Assembly (NCBI GenBank): GCA_963786935.1
Contig: CAWBAN010000002.1
Location: forward strand, 449,849 to 513,848
Length of the DNA: 64,000 nucleotides
From: an uncultured bacterium
GTDB lineage: Bacteria; Krumholzibacteriota; Krumholzibacteriia; Krumholzibacteriales; Krumholzibacteriaceae
Direction of reading: 5' to 3'
Positions 9,998-19,850 of this stretch are shown here, in pieces. Numbering within the stretch: the stretch's first letter is position 1; the number at the start of each line of letters is the position of its first letter. The notes below the pieces were generated by a model. The model made no database searches. It saw only the letters and a list, made by a program, of their open reading frames with translations, and was not told the DNA's origin. The position numbers and the translations under genes were made by a program.

Positions 9998-11035
9998 TCA
10001 ACGGTCTTTGCCGCGATCGTCGTCTCCGTGAAGCAGATTGCCGACATCCCGCCGAATCTCCCTGATGCCCACGCCGGTCCCGGCGAGCGAGAGAAGCCCG
10101 ACGATCCACAAGGCTGCCGTGAGGATGACAAAGACGACCACGGAGAAACCCGCCGCCGTCGTCTTGTCGACGCCGAAGAGCGAGAGGCCGAGCACGGTGA
10201 AGAACTGATACGTGCCGACGTTCGACGGCGCGTTCGGCAATGCGGTCCCCAAGTACATGACGAGAAAGACGGCGGCCCCTGCCCACGGAGACAGGTGTAG
10301 TCCATACGCCTTCATGACGAGCCAGAAGGCTATGATTTGGCAAATGTTTATCAGGGGCGTCGTGAAAAGCGAGAAATAGAAATATCGGGTCGTTCCGATC
10401 GTCCGGATTCCCTCCGCCACGGCGCCGATCAGGGATGACAGGCGGCGCAGGGGGCTCCGGCCCGCCGGGACGGCTGCCGGCGGCTCTTCGTTCGCTCTCT
10501 TCTTCCGCGCGACGAGATAGATGAGCAGCGCGGCGGCGGCGATGATCGCCACGCCGAGGACGTCCGCGGCTTTGAGGAGATTCGGCGGCAGCTGCACGAA
10601 AATAGCGACGAGGGCGATCCCGACCGCGAGCCAGAGGCCGTCGAAGAATCGCTCGACCGCGATCGAGGGAATGACGGCGAGGAACGGGACTTTCTCCCGG
10701 CGCGAGACGATATATGCCCGCACGAGCTCTCCCGCGCGCAGCGGCACGATCTCGTTCGTCAGGAGGCCGACGTAGACCGCCTGCGTGGCGCGCAGCACGG
10801 GAACGTTCCCCACGGGGCGCAGAAGAAAACGCCAGCGCACGCCCTGCCACCCGTAGCTCAGGATATCGAAGGCCACGGCGGCCGCGACCCAGCCCCAGCC
10901 GATCGACCTCAGCTGGCGGAGGAGCACGTCTCCCTTGATCCCGTGAAACACCCAGACGAGGCACGCGGCCGCGATCAGCCAGCCGAGCGCCTGCCGGATC
11001 GTATCCGCCGATCTATGCCGGTGCCCTTCCTTCAT
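9998..11035 (-). CDS. Lysylphosphatidylglycerol synthase TM-domain (flippase-like) membrane protein
   Basis: Multiple TM helices, RWRFLL, PLRAGELVRA, ERFFD, PNAPSNVGTYQ. Confidence 0.8.
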   Translation of the reverse strand: MKEGHRHRSADTIRQALGWLIAAACLVWVFHGIKGDVLLRQLRSIGWGWVAAAVAFDILSYGWQGVRWRFLLRPVGNVPVLRATQAVYVGLLTNEIVPLRAGELVRAYIVSRREKVPFLAVIPSIAVERFFDGLWLAVGIALVAIFVQLPPNLLKAADVLGVAIIAAAALLIYLVARKKRANEEPPAAVPAGRSPLRRLSSLIGAVAEGIRTIGTTRYFYFSLFTTPLINICQIIAFWLVMKAYGLHLSPWAGAAVFLVMYLGTALPNAPSNVGTYQFFTVLGLSLFGVDKTTAAGFSVVVFVILTAALWIVGLLSLAGTGVGIREIRRDVGNLLHGDDDRGKDR

Positions 11036-11057
11036 GATGCCTCCGCGGGGGCTTCGC

Positions 11058-12767
11058 TCACGCCTGCTCGAGCGGCTCCTCGACCGCGGGGATCTCCTCC
11101 TCCTTGAACGATTCGATCTCCTCGGTTTTCACGTGTTTCAGCTCGGATACCCTGCCGAGCGCGAGCGCCATGCGCGGGAGGTCCAGCGGCGAGCGGTAGA
11201 CCGTGTAGCGAGGCTCCCACGAGTCGGCGAATTTCGCCTTGTAGCGCTTGAGCCCGCGGTAGCTGAAGAGGAAGTTCAGCCGCTGGAAGAACGCGTGAAT
11301 CGCCTTTTCCTCGACGGATGCCTGCTCGTTCTCCTGGAATCCGGACATCGGCGCCATGCCGAGGTTGAACCGCGCGAAGCCCCGCGCCTTGAGATCGAGG
11401 AACAGCTTCGCGAAGAGGTAGTCCATGACGCCGGTGGGAGCCCCGACGCGGTGGCGCATGAGGTCGATCGTCGCCTCTCCCTTCGCGAACGAGGGGATCT
11501 GGTTGGCGAAGGCCTGTATCGTTCCGGCCCGATCGAGCACCGCCGCGGCCGGAGTCCCGCGGACGTACGCCTCGTCGAAGGTGCCGAGGGTGAACTGCCG
11601 CTCGCGCCGCCCCGCGATGGTGAGCCATTCGTCGGAGACGTCTCTCAGGCTGGAGACGATCTCGTCCGGGAGGGGCGCGTCGTACCACGCGTAGCGAATG
11701 CCCGCGTCCTCCAGCTTGTTGACGACGTGCCGCAGGCCCTTGCGCTCCTTTCCGTCCAGCGAGAAGGACGCGAGGTTCGTGATCGCGTCGTCGCCCACCT
11801 TGAGCCTTCGGAAGCCGAGCTTCTCGTAGACGGGAAGAAAATCGGGGAGCGTCTGGTGAAACGCCACGCCCCAGTCGTTCTCCGCGCAGAAGGCGGGGAA
11901 GTCCGAGGCGACGCTTTCTATCTCCTCGGCGGGACCGACCGGATCGGCGAGCGCGATGGCGAAATGCCCCCCGACGCGGTAGGCCACGAAGCTCTCGCGC
12001 GAGGGGGAGAAGAAGAAGGATTTATCGGGCCAGTACTTGAAGAAGTCGAGGGAGGAGCGCCCGTGCCGCGCGACGATATCTTTCGCGAGCAGGCGCTCGC
12101 GCGGGTGCGTTCTGAACCGGTAGACGGCGGGACGGAAGAGCGCGTAGAGCGAATAGAGCATCGCCGACGCGGTCATGACGTACAGGGAATCGAGGAACCA
12201 CCGGGCGTATCGGGTATGAGGCGCCGGTCCCGGGCCCCCGGAGAAGGCGAGGAAGCGGAAGGTTTCGCGGACGGCGTCTCCGATGCGAAAATCGACGCCG
12301 AACTCGCGTCGATCGAGGAGCCAGAATCCCGCGATGCCGTATGCGATCGCGATGAACACCGCGGCTCCGAAGCGGAGGAAGCCCGTCGCCGGGTCGGGGA
12401 TGCTGCTCCTCACGGTGAAGCTCTTTCTCGCGGCGATAAGCAGAACGAGAAGGACGAGGGAGACGATCGACTCTTCGTAATCGAGCCCTTTCGTCATATG
12501 AAAGACGATCGACAGAACGGAGAGGGAAACGACGACGAGGTACGCGCGGCGCTTGCGCTTGTAGATGTTGATCGCGGATACGACGAGGGCGAATCCGATG
12601 AGGAGCGTGAGGAATCTCGCGACGTGGATGAACTCGAGCGGGAAAAAGGCCTCGAGGAGTTTCATCCGGTGAGGGAGCGCGGGTCCGATCACGGAGTAGA
12701 TGTTGACGACGCCGCTGCCGAAGGTCATGAGCGCGGCGAGCCAGACCGGTATCCGACGGAGCGTCAT
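11058..12767 (-). CDS. mprF: Phosphatidylglycerol aminoacyl(lysyl)transferase, MprF C-terminal (DUF2156) domain with about 6 TM helices
   Basis: HMTKGLDYEE, DKSFFF, ADPVG, IDLMRH, FNLGMAPMSG, FSYRGLKRYKAKF..WEPRY. Start 12767 lies 8 nt after GGAGG. Confidence 0.85.
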   Translation of the reverse strand: MTLRRIPVWLAALMTFGSGVVNIYSVIGPALPHRMKLLEAFFPLEFIHVARFLTLLIGFALVVSAINIYKRKRRAYLVVVSLSVLSIVFHMTKGLDYEESIVSLVLLVLLIAARKSFTVRSSIPDPATGFLRFGAAVFIAIAYGIAGFWLLDRREFGVDFRIGDAVRETFRFLAFSGGPGPAPHTRYARWFLDSLYVMTASAMLYSLYALFRPAVYRFRTHPRERLLAKDIVARHGRSSLDFFKYWPDKSFFFSPSRESFVAYRVGGHFAIALADPVGPAEEIESVASDFPAFCAENDWGVAFHQTLPDFLPVYEKLGFRRLKVGDDAITNLASFSLDGKERKGLRHVVNKLEDAGIRYAWYDAPLPDEIVSSLRDVSDEWLTIAGRRERQFTLGTFDEAYVRGTPAAAVLDRAGTIQAFANQIPSFAKGEATIDLMRHRVGAPTGVMDYLFAKLFLDLKARGFARFNLGMAPMSGFQENEQASVEEKAIHAFFQRLNFLFSYRGLKRYKAKFADSWEPRYTVYRSPLDLPRMALALGRVSELKHVKTEEIESFKEEEIPAVEEPLEQA

Positions 12768-13039
12768 GACGGGCACCTCCCGCGGGCGACGGCGCGCATC
12801 GCCTCGCGTCGCCATTGTAAACTTTTTTCGGCCGCCGTCGATGGATTTTCAGGGCTTCCCGCGAACGGATCGCCGGAACTGCCGCGAGGTCAAGAAATGG
12901 TGCGCGTCGCGGTTGCGTAACGCAGCCCGCGCGCATTGTCGCAAGCCGGTGGAGAATCGTTCGGGAAAGGAGTATAATCGGAATGTGCGGGGCGCGAATG
13001 CGCCCGCGCTTCTCGAACTCTTCGAAACAAGGATCCGCG

Positions 13040-14260
13040 ATGCATCGTATCACGCTCTCTTTTTCGATTCGCCTCTTGGTCGCGGCGCTCGCTGCGGCCG
13101 GATCGATCGCGTCGGGAGCATTCGCCCAATATCCCGTCGGCACATCCGACGTGACCTTCGTCGATCCCGCCCGCGGCAACCGCTCGATTCCCGCCGATCT
13201 CTATTATCCCGCGCAAGCGGCCGGCGCCGGGCAGCCCGTCGCCGATCCTCCGCCTGAAGGTTTCGCCGCCGTCGCCTTCGGCCATGGATTTCAAATCGCC
13301 GCCGCGAACTACGCGTGGATCGCGTCGCGCCTGGCGGGGGAGGGGTGTGTCGTGGCCGTACCGCGGACCGCCGGAGAGCTGTTCCCGAATCATGAAGCGT
13401 TCGGACTCGACCTTGCCTTTGCCGCGAGGGCCCTGCGCGACGCGGGAGCGGATCCCGCATCCCCCTTCTTCGGCCGAATGGGACCGCGCACGCTGGTCAT
13501 GGGGCACAGCATGGGGGGCGGCTGCAGCATGCTTGCCGCCGGGGGGGACACATCGATCACCGCGGTCGCGAATTTCGCCGCGGCCGAGACGAATCCGTCG
13601 GCTGTCGCGGCCTGCGGGCTCATCGGGCGGCCGGCGCTGCTCTTCGCAGGCGGCAATGACTGCGTCACGCCGCCGGCCGATCATCAGATTCCCATGTACG
13701 AGGCTCTCACGGGCTGGCGCACGCTCGTGACGATCGACGGCGCGAGCCACTGCCAGTTCAATGCATACAGCTTTCTGTGCGATTTCGGCGAGTCCTGCAG
13801 CGCGGGCATCACCCGCGAAGCGCAGCAGGATCTCGCCTGGTCGATCCTCAGGCCGTGGATGCGCGCGATTCTGTTCCTCGACTCGACCGCTCTGCGCGAT
13901 TTCTTCACGCTGCTCGAAGCAGGCGCCGGTTTCACGTACGTGCAGGACGGCGTTCCGACCGGGTCGGAGGCGCGCGTGCCGCCGGTCGCGTGCCGGCTCA
14001 GCGCGTTCCCGAATCCCTTCAACGCCTCGATCATGCTTCGGGCGGAGATCGCGGCGGGCGGCCCGGCGCGGCTCGTTATCTTCGACGCCGCCGGCCGGCG
14101 CGTGGCCGTGATCGTAGAGCGACCGCTGGCGGCGGGACCGCACGCGTTCCACTGGGACGGGCGGAATGCCGCCGGCGTCGATGCGCCGAGCGGGGTCTAT
14201 TTCGCGCGCCTGACTGCGGCGGGACGCGCGGCGGTCACGATGCTGGTGCTCGTACGCTGA
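13040..14260 (+). CDS. Secreted alpha/beta hydrolase (cutinase/chlorophyllase-like) with C-terminal FlgD/T9SS-like domain
   Basis: Signal peptide; GHSMGGG nucleophile elbow, GGNDCVTP (Asp), GASHCQF (His); C-terminal PNPFN...WDGRNAAG..APSGVYF..LVLVR. Confidence 0.85.
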   Translation: MHRITLSFSIRLLVAALAAAGSIASGAFAQYPVGTSDVTFVDPARGNRSIPADLYYPAQAAGAGQPVADPPPEGFAAVAFGHGFQIAAANYAWIASRLAGEGCVVAVPRTAGELFPNHEAFGLDLAFAARALRDAGADPASPFFGRMGPRTLVMGHSMGGGCSMLAAGGDTSITAVANFAAAETNPSAVAACGLIGRPALLFAGGNDCVTPPADHQIPMYEALTGWRTLVTIDGASHCQFNAYSFLCDFGESCSAGITREAQQDLAWSILRPWMRAILFLDSTALRDFFTLLEAGAGFTYVQDGVPTGSEARVPPVACRLSAFPNPFNASIMLRAEIAAGGPARLVIFDAAGRRVAVIVERPLAAGPHAFHWDGRNAAGVDAPSGVYFARLTAAGRAAVTMLVLVR

Positions 14261-14288
14261 TCATGAGCATTCCCGGATCCGGATGACG

Positions 14289-15242
14289 TCAGCGCTTCCC
14301 GCCCCAGGCGTACGTGTAGGCGATCTGAAACGTGTCGAAATCCGTACCTAAGGCGGTCTTGAGCCCGTTGATATAGGCGAGCTTCAACGCCTGCCTGCGC
14401 GCGAGCGGCAGCCGGAGCGTGGCCGAAACGCGGACGTTCTCGATCCGGCTTTTGGGCACGCCGTCGATCGTTGTGCGGCCGCCCCAGCCGTAACCGACCG
14501 ATCCGGCCGCCCACATCTCGGCGCCGCGGATCGTGTAGATGGCGTGGGCCTGAACGTCGTAGAACGGATCCTGCTCGAGCGTCTTCCCGCCGAAGAAATC
14601 GCCGTTCGTCGCATAGAAGGACGCCGTCGCGTACCCCTCGAGCACCCAGCGGCCGATAACCTGCGAGGCGCCCAGGCGCGGCGAGAACGACCAGCGATTC
14701 GTCCCGAGGTTGATGAGCTTTTCGGGGAAGTATTGGCCGAGCGGCGCGGTCACGATGATCGAGGCTCCGACCACCGTTTCCTGTCGATAGGAGCGGAACT
14801 CGCTCATCGTGAGCGCCGGAGAGCCGATGAAGTTGACGGAGAGCTTCAAGGCCAAGTCCCCGAAGCCCGTTCGCGTCGTGCTCGTGTCGTTCTCGCCGAT
14901 CGTCGCCTTCCAGAGGCCCGTAGCGGCCGGTATGCCGAACCCGATCTTGCCGGCCATTCCGAAGAAATCGATCGACCGCACGCAGCTGAGGCTGAGCGTC
15001 CCCACCCGCGCATTTCCGTTCTCGAGCGGGAGGGACGGCTCGAGCAGAAGATTGCCGTACGCGTAGCCTGTCGCCGCGGTCAGGAAGTTGATCCCGACCG
15101 GAGCGTTGACCAGGTTCCGGGGCTCGAGCTCCTGGGCGGCGGCCGGCGACGCAAAGAGGGTGATCACGAGCGGGGCGATCGCGAAAAGGGCGCCCGCAAG
15201 GAGCGCGACGGCAGGCCGTGAATGTATGATCCTGAGCTGCAA
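14289..15242 (-). CDS. Outer membrane transporter-like beta-barrel (MetA-pathway/SphA-like family)
   Basis: Signal peptide, QELEPR..NAPVG.N, APLGQY...LINLGTNRWSF.P, terminal YTYAW. Confidence 0.75.
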   Translation of the reverse strand: MQLRIIHSRPAVALLAGALFAIAPLVITLFASPAAAQELEPRNLVNAPVGINFLTAATGYAYGNLLLEPSLPLENGNARVGTLSLSCVRSIDFFGMAGKIGFGIPAATGLWKATIGENDTSTTRTGFGDLALKLSVNFIGSPALTMSEFRSYRQETVVGASIIVTAPLGQYFPEKLINLGTNRWSFSPRLGASQVIGRWVLEGYATASFYATNGDFFGGKTLEQDPFYDVQAHAIYTIRGAEMWAAGSVGYGWGGRTTIDGVPKSRIENVRVSATLRLPLARRQALKLAYINGLKTALGTDFDTFQIAYTYAWGGKR

Positions 15243-15254
15243 ATGCGCCTATCC

Positions 15255-16295
15255 TCAGAAGTAGTAGCGAAAATCCAACGCCGCCGTCGTATACCGCAGC
15301 GTCCTGTCCGAACCCCGGAAATCCTGCCACTGCGAGGCGATCTCGAGACCGACGTTCAGGTCCGGCCTGCCGATGTAATCGATACGGCCGGTGGCGATCG
15401 TCGCGCCGTTCCCGAGACTCAGATCGGATTCCGGAACGGAAGTCCGTCGGAATCCGACGGCCGCGCCGATCGGCGCGGCGATTTGGCGGCGCAGATCGAA
15501 ATCCACGGCCGCGCCGACGTCGTAGTACCAGTCGCTCCCTTCCTCGCGATCCGGCGACTCGCCGTAGCCGACGGCCCCCGAGGCGGTCAGGCCGATCGTC
15601 CGGTTGATCGCCCACGCATAGGACAGCCCCGTGTTGGCGATCATGAACGTCGCATCCTTCACCAGCTTGTCGTCCGGGGTGAGACCGTCTTCGACGATGC
15701 CCTCGACGAATCCGGCGAGATCGACCGCGGTGTAGCTCGCGTTGACGACCTGCACCGTCCCCGAGAGCGCCATATCTTCGGACCGCATGATCTTGAGCAT
15801 CCAGCCCAGACGGAAACCCGAAGTCACGGTCACGCCCTGCGAAAGAAGCGACGCCGTCTCCGTTCCGAGCCGCCCCGCCAATAGGAAATGCGCCCAGAAT
15901 GCCATCCAATCCTTGACGGCCTGCTGATATTCGATTTGGAGCGTGGTAAACAGGACGTTGCCGGTTTCGAACGTGACTTCTTCCCCGCCGATGACGGCGA
16001 CGGGCACCGAAGATCCGGGCGTCATTCCGACGGCGATCGCATCGCGGAAATACGTGGTGATAAACGGCCCCCGGATCACCGCGGTCGTGGTAAAGCGGTG
16101 GCCGGCGAGCGTCGGCGCCGTCTCGCGCGCGGGCGGCGTTTGCGCGGCCGGATCGCCCGTCGCGGGAGGCTGTTGCTGCGCGCGGACCGCCGAGAGCGGC
16201 AGCGCGGGCAAGATCAGCATCAGGAGAATGCCGGCGGGGCGCAGCCGGGAGCGCCGCGCAGTCCGGCTCGTTGTCGCCGCATCGTGGGCGGACAT
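15255..16295 (-). CDS. Hypothetical outer membrane beta-barrel protein
   Basis: Signal peptide, alternating beta-strand pattern, C-terminal FRYYF; GAGGAGG SD. Confidence 0.65.
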   Translation of the reverse strand: MSAHDAATTSRTARRSRLRPAGILLMLILPALPLSAVRAQQQPPATGDPAAQTPPARETAPTLAGHRFTTTAVIRGPFITTYFRDAIAVGMTPGSSVPVAVIGGEEVTFETGNVLFTTLQIEYQQAVKDWMAFWAHFLLAGRLGTETASLLSQGVTVTSGFRLGWMLKIMRSEDMALSGTVQVVNASYTAVDLAGFVEGIVEDGLTPDDKLVKDATFMIANTGLSYAWAINRTIGLTASGAVGYGESPDREEGSDWYYDVGAAVDFDLRRQIAAPIGAAVGFRRTSVPESDLSLGNGATIATGRIDYIGRPDLNVGLEIASQWQDFRGSDRTLRYTTAALDFRYYF

Positions 16296-16313
16296 CGCTA
16301 CCTCCTCTTTCCC

Positions 16314-16982
16314 TCAGCCGCGCCGCGGGAAGAGCACCGCGGCCAATAGCTGAAAACCGCTCGACCGCAGCCGCGGGGCGAGCGCCTCATTATACGCTTC
16401 GGCGTCGGGATTGACCATATTGACCAAACTCTGCTGATACCTCAGCTCGAACGTCAGGAGCGTGCTTCCCGCCGGGACCATGAACCCCACGCCGAAGGCG
16501 ATGGAGACGTCGAAATCCCGAAAGAGATCTCCCGCATCCGTCTCTCCCGCCCGGATATTCTTCAGCGTCGCCTGCGTCAGGAAGCCGAATCCCACGCCGG
16601 TGGTGAAATAGCTGTATCCGTTGTCCGCGAGGACCTTGACCATCACGAGACAGTCCACGTAATCGAGGCGCAGCTCGAGGCTGTCTCTCGGTTCGTCCTC
16701 CCCGACGTCGAAGGAGATGTCCGCGCCCCGCTGAGCGTACATCGGCTGGAAGCTCAGCACGACGTCCTTGGTCAGCGCGAGGTCGCCGATGATCCCGGCG
16801 TTCACCCCGAGGGCGCGCCCGTACCCGGCGTCCTCGGGCGCGTCTCCCTTGAGGCTCGACCAGTTCAATCCGGTCGTGACGCCGATCCGGGACTGCGCCT
16901 GCGCGCCGGCTCCGAGGCACAGCGCCAGGCAGAGAAGATTGCATCCGATGAAGAAGAGAAGACGTGCCGTTCTCGCGCTCAT
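16314..16982 (-). CDS. Porin-family / PorT-like outer membrane beta-barrel
   Basis: IGVTTGLNWS, FQPMYAQRG, LDYVD, ELRYQQSL; similar to 5351..6007. Confidence 0.7.
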   Translation of the reverse strand: MSARTARLLFFIGCNLLCLALCLGAGAQAQSRIGVTTGLNWSSLKGDAPEDAGYGRALGVNAGIIGDLALTKDVVLSFQPMYAQRGADISFDVGEDEPRDSLELRLDYVDCLVMVKVLADNGYSYFTTGVGFGFLTQATLKNIRAGETDAGDLFRDFDVSIAFGVGFMVPAGSTLLTFELRYQQSLVNMVNPDAEAYNEALAPRLRSSGFQLLAAVLFPRRG

Positions 16983-19123
16983 CGATCACTCCTTGCTGTG
17001 GCGGGAGCGGGCTCCTTGATCCCGTTCAGCGCGCGCACGACTCTGAACAGGTCTCCCGTCCCGTAGAAATCGACTGCGATCAGGTTAGGCATCATCCGGC
17101 GTTCCCGTTTGCACGCGCGCGCCCGCTGCAGGAGAAAGTCATAGGCGTTGACGATCTCGGCGTTGCTCGGAAGCGGCGCGGGCGCCGTTTGGATCCAGTG
17201 ATTCATGAGGAGGAGCGATCCGCTCGTGCCGCCGCGATTGGGCTTGTTGGAAAACTCCGAGGGATCTTTGAACCCGTACGGCGTCTCCTGTATGACGCCG
17301 GCCGTCGCGTGATACCACGGGACGCCTTCGGCGTCGTTCTCCGCGAACACGAGCACGCGCTCGTCGCGTTCGATCATCTCGCGGAGCGTCGGCCACGGCG
17401 GTTCGACGCTTCCCCGGTAGACGAACCGCTCGAGCCCGCTCTTCGCGAAGCACGCCGCCACGTCGGTCGGCGTCACGCCTTCGTCCTGTATGATGACGAT
17501 CAGGACCTCGTTCGGATTCGCGACGAGGAAGTCGCGCATGTCTTCCAACGCGGCGACGAACGGCCGCTCGCCGAGCTCGCAGAATCCGTGGCACATGTAG
17601 ACGCCGCGCTCGCCTTCCGCCTCGCCGACCATCCGGTCGCGGATCCGCATGGCGGCCTCGACGCCCTCTTTCCCGAGCGCCTCCTCGTACTTCGCGCGCG
17701 CGTTCTCCTCGTTCTCGATGAGCGTTTTGACGCGGTTCTGCATGGGGACGCCGTAGTGGACGTCGATCATGAAGCCGCGCACCCCGTCCTCGAGCTGCGC
17801 GCGGATCCCCCGTTCCTGATTCGGGAACATCCAACTCGGAATGTCCGCCGACGACATCGAGTTGTGCGTCATGGCGAACGCGACCTGATTGAGCCGCTTG
17901 TCGCACAGCTCCGGATGCCCGTTGCACGCGTCTATCGGCAGCGATGCCGCCGCGACCTCGTTCTCGGGGCGCGTCAGCAGGAAGACCGCCGCGCCGGCCA
18001 GCACGATCAGCACCGCCCCGACGACGACGGCCGGCGAGACCGAGGCGCGTTTCTTCTTGTCGAGAACGGCGATCGCCTGCTCGACGCGAGGGGCGAGCCG
18101 CGCCACCGTTACGAACACGCCCCGCATCCCGAAGAAGAAGAGCGCCCCGCCCGCGATCACCGTGAGTATCACGACGGACTGGGCGGGATGGAACGAAATG
18201 GCGACGCCGGCGGCGACGAGCGCGAGCCCGCGGACGATCTCCCAACCGGGGGCGAGCCGGCGGCTCGCGGTACGGTTCCATGCCGCGAGCGCGAGGGTCT
18301 TGAGGTAGCCCTTCTCGAGCAGCGACGTGACGGCTGCGACGAGAACGAGCCCGAGCCCCGCGAGAATCAGCATGCGGATGGCGAGGGGGCCGATGAAGAC
18401 CGGCCAGAGGCCGCGAATAAGGTCGGCGCCGACCGGCGTTCGGGCGAGCATGGCGGCGGCGTAGCCGCCGAAATACGCCGCGCCGGCGGCGAGGAATGCC
18501 GCGCCGGCGAGCCCGATGCCGAATCGGAGCAGATAGCGGTTTTTCCGGGGGCTGAGGAGTATCCCGCAGACCCCCAGCACGATTCCGCCCGCGAAAACGG
18601 CGATCGCGCGCATCCGCATCCGCTGCCCGAGCCGCATCAGGGCGACGATCCTGTCGGCGAGGTTCGATTGCTCCATTACGGTGAGCGCGACGTCGATGCG
18701 CTCGGGCACCTTCTCGGCGATGTTCGGATACATGGCGAGCGCGTTGCGGACGACGAGGCCGAGGTCCGCGACGGAGAGCGTGAGGTCCCGTCCCGTCTCG
18801 GAAATCAGCGTTTCGTGCGCCTCGCGCGCGGCGCGCCGCACGACCGCGCGAAACGGGGCGGACGAAACGACGTACTGGACCGCGCCGAGCAGAACGGGGC
18901 GATAGGGGGTCACGTCGCGATAGGACGACACGATCGCGTCGGTGATTTCGCCCGCCACGACGTGGGAGACGGCCGGCCGGGCCATGCTGTCGGCGACGCG
19001 ACTGGCGAACATCGCGGGATTGAAGATCACCCTCGAACCGTAGATGTAGGCTGCGCCGACGATGAGCCCCGCGACGCAGAGCGCGCCGCACAGCCCCGCC
19101 GCCATGCCGCGAAATCTCTTCAT
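16979..19123 (-). CDS. Multi-pass membrane protein with C-terminal PI-PLC-like phosphodiesterase domain
   Basis: Several TM helices, then CNGHPELC, THNSMS, QLEDGVRGFMIDVH, MCHG, NPNEVLIVIIQD, NLIAVDFY. Confidence 0.75.
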   Translation of the reverse strand: MKRFRGMAAGLCGALCVAGLIVGAAYIYGSRVIFNPAMFASRVADSMARPAVSHVVAGEITDAIVSSYRDVTPYRPVLLGAVQYVVSSAPFRAVVRRAAREAHETLISETGRDLTLSVADLGLVVRNALAMYPNIAEKVPERIDVALTVMEQSNLADRIVALMRLGQRMRMRAIAVFAGGIVLGVCGILLSPRKNRYLLRFGIGLAGAAFLAAGAAYFGGYAAAMLARTPVGADLIRGLWPVFIGPLAIRMLILAGLGLVLVAAVTSLLEKGYLKTLALAAWNRTASRRLAPGWEIVRGLALVAAGVAISFHPAQSVVILTVIAGGALFFFGMRGVFVTVARLAPRVEQAIAVLDKKKRASVSPAVVVGAVLIVLAGAAVFLLTRPENEVAAASLPIDACNGHPELCDKRLNQVAFAMTHNSMSSADIPSWMFPNQERGIRAQLEDGVRGFMIDVHYGVPMQNRVKTLIENEENARAKYEEALGKEGVEAAMRIRDRMVGEAEGERGVYMCHGFCELGERPFVAALEDMRDFLVANPNEVLIVIIQDEGVTPTDVAACFAKSGLERFVYRGSVEPPWPTLREMIERDERVLVFAENDAEGVPWYHATAGVIQETPYGFKDPSEFSNKPNRGGTSGSLLLMNHWIQTAPAPLPSNAEIVNAYDFLLQRARACKRERRMMPNLIAVDFYGTGDLFRVVRALNGIKEPAPATARSDR

Positions 19124-19135
19124 GACGTCCCCGCT

Positions 19136-19765
19136 TTAGAACCCGACTCCGACACCGGCGCTGATGAAGGGCGTCCAATCCTCATACGGCGAATTCTCGT
19201 CCTGCAGGACGTCGAACAGGACTTCCACGTACGCCGACGTGTTCGGGCTGAGCTGCTTGACGAGCCCCCCGCCCACGTACAGGAAGGGCACCCAGTTGCG
19301 CTCGGATTCGAGCTCGGAGACCTGATACTCGTAGTTGATTTCGGCGAATTCGACGTGCAGGTAGATGCTCCGTGCCGGCATGAGACGGCTGAAGACGCTG
19401 CCGCCGTAGCTGCTCGACGTATAATTGGTGGAGTACCGGCTGTCGTCGATGTATTCGTAGGTCGCCTTTCCGCCGATGTGGAGGAAGGGCTTCAGCTTGT
19501 AGCCGACGAAGGGCTGGATGCTGATGCGGAAGTAATCGCCCATGCTCAATCCCACGGTCCCGCCGTAGTATATCTTCTTCGGGCCGGGCGCGCTCTCGGC
19601 CGGCGGGGCGGGGGGCGGGGGCGCCGCTTGCGCCGGGGCGGCAGCCGTCGCCGTATCCGTCTGCTGCTGCGCGGCGGCCGGCGGAACCGGCTGCTGCGCG
19701 AAGGCGCTCACGGCGATCAGGCTCAAGAGCGCGAAGCATATCGCGAATCTCGACATCGTGACCAT
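19136..19765 (-). CDS. Hypothetical outer membrane beta-barrel with Pro/Ala-rich N-terminal linker
   Basis: Signal peptide, KIYYGGTVGL, terminal GVGVGF. Start is 19765 or 19756. Confidence 0.7.
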   Translation of the reverse strand: MVTMSRFAICFALLSLIAVSAFAQQPVPPAAAQQQTDTATAAAPAQAAPPPPAPPAESAPGPKKIYYGGTVGLSMGDYFRISIQPFVGYKLKPFLHIGGKATYEYIDDSRYSTNYTSSSYGGSVFSRLMPARSIYLHVEFAEINYEYQVSELESERNWVPFLYVGGGLVKQLSPNTSAYVEVLFDVLQDENSPYEDWTPFISAGVGVGF

Positions 19766-19850
19766 GCGACCTCCTGTCGAACGATCGTATCGCGGCCCTG
19801 ATGGGACCGCGCCTTCGGCATTCGAACCCATTTTGAACTATCGTGGCGCT

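Noticed and set aside
11034..19801. Long plus-strand ORFs (11034..12920, 16964..19801) and similar ones elsewhere (40701..43592, 38600..40957)
   Set aside because: Antisense shadows of well-supported genes, expected from high-GC codon bias; no motifs or start signals.
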